This document shows, one piece after another, positions 47,561 to 55,627 of a stretch of 64,000 nucleotides of DNA (the stretch's first letter is position 1; the number at the start of each line of letters is the position of its first letter). Below the pieces are notes generated by a model, which saw nothing but the letters and a program-made list of their open reading frames with translations, was not told the origin of the DNA and did not search any database. The stretch spans positions 301,954 to 365,953 of the forward strand of contig OZ245006.1 of NCBI GenBank assembly GCA_965223545.1, given 5' to 3'. The DNA comes from Planctomycetota bacterium (GTDB taxonomy: Bacteria; Planctomycetota; UBA1135; UBA2386). The position numbers were made by a program, and so were the translations under genes.

Positions 47561-49075
47561 TCAGCGCGGCCGCCCGGGTGCGCTGGAGTCGCGAGCTCCG
47601 CTGCTGTCGCGGCGGGTGTCCTCGTTGGTTGCGGCCCCGGCCGCGATGAGTGCATCCAAGGCCGCCGCTGGACCACCGACCAGTTCGGCGTCGCGCGCGG
47701 GCCGGAAGCCCTTTGGGTAGAGCTCGGCCGAGGTGCGGATGCGCTCGAAATCCCTGGCGAAGGCTTCGAACGCGTCGCGCGGGGCGTCGCAGCAGAACGC
47801 CATCGTCGCCTCGCCGACGCGGAACACCCAAACCTGGCAGCGGAAGCGGTGGTGCGCGCCCGCGCGGTCATCCTCGTAGTCGACGTCGATGCACACCGCC
47901 GGTCGGTCGCGGAGGGTGGTGACCCGCCGCCCCATCTCCTGCATCGCCGGGCGGACGTGCGCCAACCAACGCACGACCGTGTCCGCGGCTGACTCGAGCA
48001 TCAGCTGGCGGTCGATCTGGTCGAACGCCAGCAGGCATGCGCTGACCCCGCGGCCGGGGACCTGGAGCAATACGCCGCCCGGCGGCGCGGTGGCGGCCTG
48101 CCACGCCGGGTTGGGCAACCACAGCGCGAAGCGGCCCTCGGCCTCGGCCGCCAGTGCCGACGGGTAGGTCGAGTCCTCGAACGCCATCAGGCGACGCACC
48201 GCCGCCTCCGAAGCGGCGACGGCCACGAGCTGGGCGCCGTTGACCTCGCGGCGCAGAACGCGCGCGGAGGCGTCGACCCATTCGGTGTTGCCGGTGGACG
48301 CCGGGCCCGGGGCGGTGCACAGCTCGACCACCGTGCGGCGCACGCCGTCGATCTCCACTTCGCGCCGGCTGGCCGGGTAGACCGCCCGCTCGACGAACTC
48401 CTCGCGTTCGGGCACGAACAAGCGCACCACGCGCTCGTCGCGGAGCTCACCGTGGTTCTGCCGCATCGCGGCGGCGACGATCAGCGGGAACTGCATGCCG
48501 GTCCGCCAGGGGTGGCGCCGGCGCTGCCGGGGGCGCGCCCCGTGCGAATCGACCACGAGCTCGTCGCCGACCACTTCGCCGCGCACCAACCGCTCCTGCA
48601 GGACCCGGCCGTCCGCCGCCGTGCTGCGCTCGTGGTAGAAGCACGCCAGTGGCACCAAGTCGGCGCTGGCGGTCTCCAGAATCGTCACCGCGGTGGTGCG
48701 GGTGCCGTAGCGGAACTCCCACTCCTCGCCGATGCGCAGCAGCCCGTCCTCGGTCGCGGTCACGGTCGACTGCAATCTGCCGACGACGCGGCCCTCGGCG
48801 TCGTGCACCGCGAACCACTCATCGCGCGGATCCAGGGCGACCGGCACGGGTGCCGCCGCCACCGGCGCGTCCGCCATCGACTCGATCCTCGCCCGGTCGA
48901 AGCCGACGACGGTGCCATCGGCCAACCGGAGCTCGATGTAGCCCTCGGTCTGCTGCTGGATCTCGCCCTCCAGCTCGCCCCCGCCAACCAGCTGCAGCAA
49001 GACGCGCGGCGGCGGATCCTGGGGAGCCGGCACGGCGGAGATCAACGCAACGGCCAAGAGCAGGGGGTTCGGCAT
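47561..49075 (-). CDS. Secreted hypothetical protein
   Basis: Signal peptide MPNPLLLAVALISAVPAP. High GC3. Confidence 0.55.
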   Translation of the reverse strand: MPNPLLLAVALISAVPAPQDPPPRVLLQLVGGGELEGEIQQQTEGYIELRLADGTVVGFDRARIESMADAPVAAAPVPVALDPRDEWFAVHDAEGRVVGRLQSTVTATEDGLLRIGEEWEFRYGTRTTAVTILETASADLVPLACFYHERSTAADGRVLQERLVRGEVVGDELVVDSHGARPRQRRRHPWRTGMQFPLIVAAAMRQNHGELRDERVVRLFVPEREEFVERAVYPASRREVEIDGVRRTVVELCTAPGPASTGNTEWVDASARVLRREVNGAQLVAVAASEAAVRRLMAFEDSTYPSALAAEAEGRFALWLPNPAWQAATAPPGGVLLQVPGRGVSACLLAFDQIDRQLMLESAADTVVRWLAHVRPAMQEMGRRVTTLRDRPAVCIDVDYEDDRAGAHHRFRCQVWVFRVGEATMAFCCDAPRDAFEAFARDFERIRTSAELYPKGFRPARDAELVGGPAAALDALIAAGAATNEDTRRDSSGARDSSAPGRPR

Positions 49076-49195
49076 CACGGGGTCGTCGGGGGTCGATCCG
49101 GTCGAGACCAGAGGGGTCTCTGTTGTGTTCGACGTCAGCGACAGCCCCACTTGAGCGGGTTGGCGCCGGGGGACCCTGTCGGTGCCGCGCGATTC

Positions 49196-49540
49196 CTAAC
49201 CGCGTGGCTCCGCCGGCCCCGAGTCCCGCGCGCACGCCGCCAACACCCAATCGAGATACGCCGGCGACCCGCCATCCACCGCGACCTCGACCACCTCGGG
49301 CACGTCGTACTCGTGCCACTCCCGCAGCTTCTCGCTCAGCTCCGCGACACCGGAGCGCGCCACCTTGATCAGCAGCAGCATCTCGGCGTCGTCCTGGACG
49401 GCGCCTTGCCAACGGTAGATCGAACGTACGGGACCGACGAGGTTGACGCACGCGGCAAGCCCGGCGTCGACCACGCGCCGCGCCAGATCGGGGGCTGCCG
49501 CGGGAGGCGCGGTACACAGCACCAGGGAAACGCCGGTCAC
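49196..49540 (-). CDS. cutA: Divalent-cation tolerance protein CutA
   Basis: CutA1 pattern SLVLCTAP...AACVNLVGPVRSIYRWQG...EVVEV. The GTG start overlaps the upstream stop as GTGA. Confidence 0.8.
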   Translation of the reverse strand: MTGVSLVLCTAPPAAAPDLARRVVDAGLAACVNLVGPVRSIYRWQGAVQDDAEMLLLIKVARSGVAELSEKLREWHEYDVPEVVEVAVDGGSPAYLDWVLAACARDSGPAEPRG

Positions 49541-50289
49541 TTGCCCTTCCCCAAGCGGTCCGCGAGAGCGGGGTGCAAGCCCGCGCGCAGGATCTTCGCC
49601 TGCGTGGCCGGAATGTCGTACGGCACGCGGTGGAACTCCACGCGGTTGCCGTCGACGACGGCAAAGCACGCGCGGTTGTCACCGTCGCGCGGCTGCCCCA
49701 CGCTGCCGACGTTGATGATCATCGGCTCGCCGGTGAGCTCGACCGAGCTGCACTCCGCGGTGGCGGCGGTGAAGCGGTAGTCGCTGCCGTGCACTCCGGG
49801 CCAGTGGGTATGGCCGACGAAACACGGCCGGTCGATCAGTGAAAACAGCTCGACCATCTTCTCGGGCTCGAGGAACACGTCGCTCTTCAGCACGTATTCC
49901 ATGATCGGATCGCGGGGCGAGCCATGACAGTAGAGGTGGCCGTGCGCCTCCATCCGGACCGGCAGCGAGGCCAGGAAGTTCCACATCGCCTTGCGCTTGG
50001 GACTCCACCAGCTCGGCCGCAGGCGGCGGCGCGTGAACAACAGGGCCTCCCGCGCCAACGGGTTGAACTCGTCGACGCTGTGGAACAAGCCCCAGTCGTG
50101 GTTGCCCATGATCGTCCAGGCGCAGCGCTGCATGACCATCGTCACGCACTCCTCGGGGTCGGCGCCATAGCCGACGACGTCGCCGAGGCAGCAGACCTCG
50201 TCGACGCCGAGCCGGTCGATCCTCGCCAGCACCGCCTCCAGCGCCTCCGCGTTGCTGTGCAGATCGGAGATCAGGGCGACCGTCGTCAC
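49537..50289 (-). CDS. Calcineurin-like metallophosphoesterase (YfcE/MJ0936-like)
   Basis: Motifs ISDLHSN, GDVVGYG, GNHD and GHTH. The GTG start overlaps the upstream stop. Confidence 0.75.
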   Translation of the reverse strand: MTTVALISDLHSNAEALEAVLARIDRLGVDEVCCLGDVVGYGADPEECVTMVMQRCAWTIMGNHDWGLFHSVDEFNPLAREALLFTRRRLRPSWWSPKRKAMWNFLASLPVRMEAHGHLYCHGSPRDPIMEYVLKSDVFLEPEKMVELFSLIDRPCFVGHTHWPGVHGSDYRFTAATAECSSVELTGEPMIINVGSVGQPRDGDNRACFAVVDGNRVEFHRVPYDIPATQAKILRAGLHPALADRLGKGK

Positions 50290-51281
50290 CGCCCCCCCGC
50301 GTCGATCCCCGCGCACTGCAGCGCCTGCGCCACCCGTTCCGACAGGACCTCCGCGGCTTTGCTCAGCGGGCCGTCGAGCACCGCGCCGGCCGCCTTGACG
50401 TGACCGCCCCCACCGAACTCGGCGGCGATGGCGCGCACGTCGACCGCGCCGCTGGCGCGCAGCGAGAGCTTCACCGCGCCGTCGAAGCGCTCCTTCAACA
50501 ACGCGACCACCTCGATCCCACCGATGCAACGCAACGGCTCCAGCACGCCATCGGTCTCGAACGAGATCTCGGCTGCCCGCGCCATCGCCGCCTTGTCCAT
50601 CATTGCGTACGCGTAGCGCCCGCCCAGCTCGACCCGATGTGTCGCCAACGCACGCTGCAGCAATTCCACCGAACCGGTGTGCATCTGTCGGTGCATCGCG
50701 TCGTAGATCCGCGCCGGTTCGACACCGGCCCGCACCAGTTCCGCTGCGATCGACAGAGTCTCGGCGTCGGTATTGGAGTAGCGGAACCAACCGGTGTCCG
50801 CCACCAGCGAGACGAACACACCTTCGGCGGCCGCCTGCGACAGTTGCACGCGGTAGTGCTCATAGAGCCGGTGGACCAACGTCCCGGTGGAGGCAGCCGT
50901 GCTGTCCACGTAGCACACCTGGCCATCGCCATCTTCGCTGCCGACGTGGTGGTCGATGACCGCCAGCGGCAACCCGGCCCGGCGAATGCACTGGCCCAGG
51001 TCCGCGAGCCGGCTCAGCTGGGCGCAGTCCAACAGGACGACCAAAGAGATGTCCGAGAGATCGGTCTCGCCTCGCGCCACCCCATAAGGCGTGTGTGCCG
51101 TGAGAGCGGCATGCGCCGCCGGCACGGGATCCGGGTTGAGGATGCGCACCTCCTTGCCCTGCGCGCGCAGCAGGTGATAGAGCGCCGCTTGCGCCCCCAG
51201 GCAGTCACCGTCCGGGTGCTCGTGCCCGCAGAGCAAGAAGCTCGAGTGACTCTCGATCAGCTGGAGAAAGCGGGAATCCAC
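50286..51281 (-). CDS. DHH-family phosphoesterase, NrnA-like (nanoRNase/pAp phosphatase)
   Basis: Motifs HEHPDGDCLGA, AVIDHH and DHHA1 GGGH. GTG start at 51281. It is the first gene of a three-gene overlapping operon. Confidence 0.75.
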   Translation of the reverse strand: MDSRFLQLIESHSSFLLCGHEHPDGDCLGAQAALYHLLRAQGKEVRILNPDPVPAAHAALTAHTPYGVARGETDLSDISLVVLLDCAQLSRLADLGQCIRRAGLPLAVIDHHVGSEDGDGQVCYVDSTAASTGTLVHRLYEHYRVQLSQAAAEGVFVSLVADTGWFRYSNTDAETLSIAAELVRAGVEPARIYDAMHRQMHTGSVELLQRALATHRVELGGRYAYAMMDKAAMARAAEISFETDGVLEPLRCIGGIEVVALLKERFDGAVKLSLRASGAVDVRAIAAEFGGGGHVKAAGAVLDGPLSKAAEVLSERVAQALQCAGIDAGGR

Positions 51282-51405
51282 GATGAGGCTGCTCTGCCGG
51301 ACTGTAGGGCAGCGCTCCGCACAGCTCAATGCGGGGGCGCTGCGGGACGCACAGAACTCCTCCGAACCTCTACGCTGGCCGGCAAAGCCAGATGCGACTC
51401 GACCC

Positions 51406-52923
51406 ATGACCCCGAACATGACCCTCGCGACCGCGCTGTCGGTGCTTTCTCTGTGCGCCCCGTTGGCCGCCCAGCCCCAGCTGTCCGCGCCGCGCACCCT
51501 CGCCGCCCAAGCTGGGCAGATCGCGCTGGCCTACGACGAGCCCAACGATCGATTCCTCGTCGCCTACACCAGCGCCGCGGGAGTGAAGGGCACCTTGGTC
51601 CAGGCCGACGGCTCGATCGCGGCCGGGCCGTTTCCGATATCCACCCGCAATGCCCGTGACGTCGCCGTCGGCAACGTCGCTGCCCGCGGCGCATTCGTCG
51701 CGGTGTACCCCCGCGGAATCCCGTCGGCGCTCTACGGCGTGGTGATCGACGCGGCGACCGGCGCGGTGTCTCCGGAGATCCTCGTCGACTCGACCGAGGG
51801 CTTTGCGCTGTTCGAGCCGGCGCTCTCCGACGCGACCACCGGGCTCGACGCGCTGACGTTGGCCTACACCCGCCGAGACAACGCCGCGTGCTTCGTCAAC
51901 TGCCTCTCGATCGGCGCCGCCCGACTCGCCGTCAGTGCCGCTCTGCGGCTGCAGGTCGTCCGCCGCGCGGTCATCGGCCACGACATCAGCCGGCCGCGGC
52001 TGGCCGAGTCCACCGTCGCTGCCGGCACCGTGGTGATGAGCTATACGGGCTACAGCACGATCAGCACCACCGTGCACGCGTCGTTCCAGACGGTCGACGC
52101 GACCTTGACCGGCACCGGCGCGACCTGGCTCCACTCGATCGCGGACAACCTCTCCACCGGCATCGGCGGAGACGGATCCTCCTGGCACGTCGCGGTCGGC
52201 ACCGCGTTCGACCTCCGTGGCTACCGCCTCGACTCCGGTGGGCAAGCGCCGGTCCTCGGCACTGGCGGCGTGTTGGTCTCCGGCGTGACCTCGGCGGTGC
52301 AGCCCGTCGTCCTCGGCCAATCCGCGCTCGTGTTCCACCAAACGCTCAGCAGCGGGCGGTCGGAACTCTGGCTGCGGTCGCGCACGCCAACCGGCTGTGG
52401 AGCGTGCGAGGCACCGCGCCTGGTGGCAGCCGACAGTCCCGGGTTCGCGGTCGCCGCGCGGCGGCGCAATGGTCGGCCGGCCGACCGCGCGCTGCTCGCA
52501 TGGCGCGTCGCGGCAACGCTGCAATCGGCCGTGGTGAACGTCGCCGACGGCGCGGTGACCGACCTGGGCGGCGGCTGCGGCGCGGGCGCGCGCGCGTTCG
52601 TCGGCTGCGCCCGCCCCGGCAACGCGTGCTTCGTCCACGAGGTGCGCGGCGCTCCACCGCGCTCGTTGGCCTGGCTGGCGATCGGCAGTCGGCCAGCTCT
52701 GCTCTCCTGCGGTCCCTGTCAGCTGCGCGTCGACCCCGTCGGCGCGGCCCTCCTCTGGACCCGCATCGATACGCGCGGACAGGGCAGGCAGACCACCCCG
52801 CTGCCGGCATCACCGGCGCTGGTCGGGGCTCGATTCGTCGAGCAGTGGTTGGTCTTCGAGCCCTCGGGCTGCGCGCCGTATGGCGTCGCCCTCAGCAACG
52901 CCCTGGACACAACCATCCAGTAG
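51406..52923 (+). CDS. Secreted hypothetical protein
   Basis: Signal peptide MTPNMTLATALSVLSLCAPLAAQ. High GC3. Confidence 0.55.
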   Translation: MTPNMTLATALSVLSLCAPLAAQPQLSAPRTLAAQAGQIALAYDEPNDRFLVAYTSAAGVKGTLVQADGSIAAGPFPISTRNARDVAVGNVAARGAFVAVYPRGIPSALYGVVIDAATGAVSPEILVDSTEGFALFEPALSDATTGLDALTLAYTRRDNAACFVNCLSIGAARLAVSAALRLQVVRRAVIGHDISRPRLAESTVAAGTVVMSYTGYSTISTTVHASFQTVDATLTGTGATWLHSIADNLSTGIGGDGSSWHVAVGTAFDLRGYRLDSGGQAPVLGTGGVLVSGVTSAVQPVVLGQSALVFHQTLSSGRSELWLRSRTPTGCGACEAPRLVAADSPGFAVAARRRNGRPADRALLAWRVAATLQSAVVNVADGAVTDLGGGCGAGARAFVGCARPGNACFVHEVRGAPPRSLAWLAIGSRPALLSCGPCQLRVDPVGAALLWTRIDTRGQGRQTTPLPASPALVGARFVEQWLVFEPSGCAPYGVALSNALDTTIQ

Positions 52924-52983
52924 ACGGTACGGAGCCTGGCTCCGTACCATCACGCTGACGGTAGGTCAGGTTCGGCGGGGTGA

Positions 52984-55566
52984 TCAGGCCTCGAAGTAGA
53001 CCGTTACGCGGGTGATCTCGATGCTGGCGGAGACCGCGAGGTCGTAGAGCACCAGGAACCGATAGCCGGTGGCGTCGTCGTCGTCGAGCACGCCTTCGCC
53101 GGCCGGTGCGAAGCGGCCGACGTAGCGGCGCCAGTCGCCGATCGTGGCGGGGTCGACTTGGCCGGTGGTGGCCTGCACCTGCGCGCCCTGGAAGTAGACC
53201 TGCACGGCGGAACCCATTCCGATCGCCGGCCCCATGGCGCGGAAGCCACTGGGCCCGGTCCAGCTCGGGTCGTCCGAGTAGAACACGTCCTGCCCGTCCA
53301 GCTTGGCGCGCACTTCGTAGCGCAGGAACGTCGGCTTGAACAGCTGTCGCGTCGGGTAGAAGCGCGACTGGTCGCCGACCTGCAGGTCGGAGTCGCTGAG
53401 CACCCCGACGCTGTTCGCGGTGGCCGCCGGCACGGTGTTCGGAAGCAGGCTCGGACCGCCGCCGTTGGGGGTCTCCAGCCGCACCGAGCCCGCGGCTCCG
53501 TCGCCACCGACGACGTGCACGATGTAGATCGCGCCGTCTTGATAGGTGCCGCCCTTGCCGCCGCTGGTGTCGATCGCGCCGAGCACACTCGACGCCCCGC
53601 CGCACTGCATCAGGATCGAGCCACCCGAGCCGCCACCGCCGGGAGACAGGGGCGGCGAGCCCGACGGGCTCAGACCACCACGGCCGCCGAAGGCCTGGAT
53701 CTCCGAGCCGGCTTCGGTGCGAATGTTGCCGCCGGCGCGGAACAGGATCGCGCCACCGCCACCGCCACCACCGGTCCCCGGCTTCCACACCACCGGCGTG
53801 TTCAGCAAGGAGAAGTGGGGGTGCGAACCGGAACCACCGCCACCGGAGCCGCCGACCATGAAGTGATCCACGGACCGGGTGCCGGACGGCACCGGGAACA
53901 GGTCGAACGCGATGCCGCCCGTCGAGTCGGGCCCGGCGTTCTGCTTGCTGCCGTTGGTCGAGATCACCTCGCCCTTGGCGCCCTGGGCGGCGAAGCCACC
54001 ACCGGCACCACCGGCCGCGATCTGCGCGGAGAACTGACCCGCCTGCAGCGAGTAAGTGACCTGCAGCGGCGCCACCGGATACTGCAACGAGCCGCCACCA
54101 CCGGTGCCGACCGCCCGCGCCGAGTAGGCGTGACCCGCCGGCAGGAGCACGTCCTCACCGGGCAAGCCATTCGAGGGGTTGGTCAAGCCGGTCGACGCAC
54201 GCGCGCCATCGCCGCCCTTGGCGCCACCAGGGGCTCCGGCAGCGCCGGGCTGGCCGAGCAGCCCACCCTGATAGACACCGGGCGACGGCGCGTTGAGCTC
54301 GATCTTGCCGCGCACGTTGATTTCACCGCGAACGAACACCTGGGGCGGGGTCGAACCGACCCAACGCAGGACGGTGTTCTCGGGCACTTCGAAGCGCGAG
54401 AAGAAGAACACGCCGTCGGTGACGGTCACGTCGTTGCCATCCAGCGTGCGGGCACCGGGAATGGTCTGGTTGTCGGTGTTCCACTCGTAGATCGGATCGG
54501 CACCCAGCGGCACGGTGACCGCCCTGCCGTCCCGGATGTCGAATTCGCCCATCAAGCCGTGGCCGCCGATGACGCCCGGCTTCGCGCTGCCGTTGCCCCA
54601 GGAACCCGACGAGTACGCCGGGTCGAGCTGACCGCCGGTACCGAAGCTCTCGGACACCTCGAACTCCTGCGGCTGGCCGGCATCGGTGATGAAGGAGAAG
54701 ACCCGGCGCGCGGCGGGCTTGCCGGACAGGTCGGTGACCCGGTCGGTGACCTCCACCTCGACGCAAACTCCGCCCGGCAGCTGCACGGTCGGCTTGAGGA
54801 CGACCTGGGTCGTCTTGTTGATGGGATCGACGATCGCCTGCGGCACGCCGCCGAGGTCGACCGCCGGCTGGGCGGGATCACATTCGACACCACCACCCGC
54901 CTTTGGACGGGTGCGACGCAGCCGATACAGCACCGGCGCGGTCGCCGTGGTCGCCCCCTGGAACGGCTGCACGTCGAGGATCTCGCTGAACGCCAGGATG
55001 ATCGTCACCGACGTCGGCACCCCCGTCGTGCTCGCCGGTGAGATCATCGTGCCGACGGGCGGTTGGCCGTCGAGGTCCTCGACCCCGCGCGTCACGTTGA
55101 GAGTGCACGACAGGGTCTGCGGCAACCGGTCGCCCGACGTCGAGCGCAGCGACTGTGGCTCGGCCGGCCCACCCGGCAGCGTCAGGATGTAGGTCTCGTT
55201 GGCGCGGAAGCCGAATGACGTCACTCCACCGACGATCTTGATGTCCGGCTCGAACCGCAGCTCGTTCCCGTTGACCAGCAGCCGGCCGACCGGTGCCTCG
55301 CCGTTGCGCGTCTGGATCGACACCGAGGCCGCGTTGACCGACGACGGGTCGATGGGCGCGTTGAACTGAATGACGATCGGCTGGTTCTGGGCGATGTCCG
55401 TCACCCCACAACCTCCGTTCGCACAGCCGAGGTTGCAGTTTTGGATGCAGAACTGGCCCCCACCCGCGCAGCGCGCCGACGCCGAGGTCGGGCCATCGGA
55501 GCCACCGGAGCACGATGCGAACAGGAAGCCGCCGAGCAGCAAGGCGATCAGGAACGGATTCTTCAT
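52984..55566 (-). CDS. Large surface lipoprotein (860 aa): Cys-rich N-terminal segment, SbsA-type Ig-like domain, Gly-rich beta-helix-like core and conserved C-terminal domain
   Basis: Lipobox LFASC. Cysteine cluster CIQNCNLGCANGGCG. Ig-like domain QPIVIQFNAPIDPSSVNAASVSIQ. Poly-Gly tracts. Paralogous to the next gene. Confidence 0.7.
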   Translation of the reverse strand: MKNPFLIALLLGGFLFASCSGGSDGPTSASARCAGGGQFCIQNCNLGCANGGCGVTDIAQNQPIVIQFNAPIDPSSVNAASVSIQTRNGEAPVGRLLVNGNELRFEPDIKIVGGVTSFGFRANETYILTLPGGPAEPQSLRSTSGDRLPQTLSCTLNVTRGVEDLDGQPPVGTMISPASTTGVPTSVTIILAFSEILDVQPFQGATTATAPVLYRLRRTRPKAGGGVECDPAQPAVDLGGVPQAIVDPINKTTQVVLKPTVQLPGGVCVEVEVTDRVTDLSGKPAARRVFSFITDAGQPQEFEVSESFGTGGQLDPAYSSGSWGNGSAKPGVIGGHGLMGEFDIRDGRAVTVPLGADPIYEWNTDNQTIPGARTLDGNDVTVTDGVFFFSRFEVPENTVLRWVGSTPPQVFVRGEINVRGKIELNAPSPGVYQGGLLGQPGAAGAPGGAKGGDGARASTGLTNPSNGLPGEDVLLPAGHAYSARAVGTGGGGSLQYPVAPLQVTYSLQAGQFSAQIAAGGAGGGFAAQGAKGEVISTNGSKQNAGPDSTGGIAFDLFPVPSGTRSVDHFMVGGSGGGGSGSHPHFSLLNTPVVWKPGTGGGGGGGAILFRAGGNIRTEAGSEIQAFGGRGGLSPSGSPPLSPGGGGSGGSILMQCGGASSVLGAIDTSGGKGGTYQDGAIYIVHVVGGDGAAGSVRLETPNGGGPSLLPNTVPAATANSVGVLSDSDLQVGDQSRFYPTRQLFKPTFLRYEVRAKLDGQDVFYSDDPSWTGPSGFRAMGPAIGMGSAVQVYFQGAQVQATTGQVDPATIGDWRRYVGRFAPAGEGVLDDDDATGYRFLVLYDLAVSASIEITRVTVYFEA

Positions 55567-55627
55567 GGAACGCGGAACGAAGCGGAGGGAAACGGGGGGA
55601 AAGGCCGACGGCCGGGCACGCGCTGGT

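Noticed and set aside
53400-54400. Possible collagen-like (GXY) repeats in the Gly-rich lipoproteins
   Set aside because: The glycine tracts are irregular (poly-G, GGSGG) and not GXY triplets.
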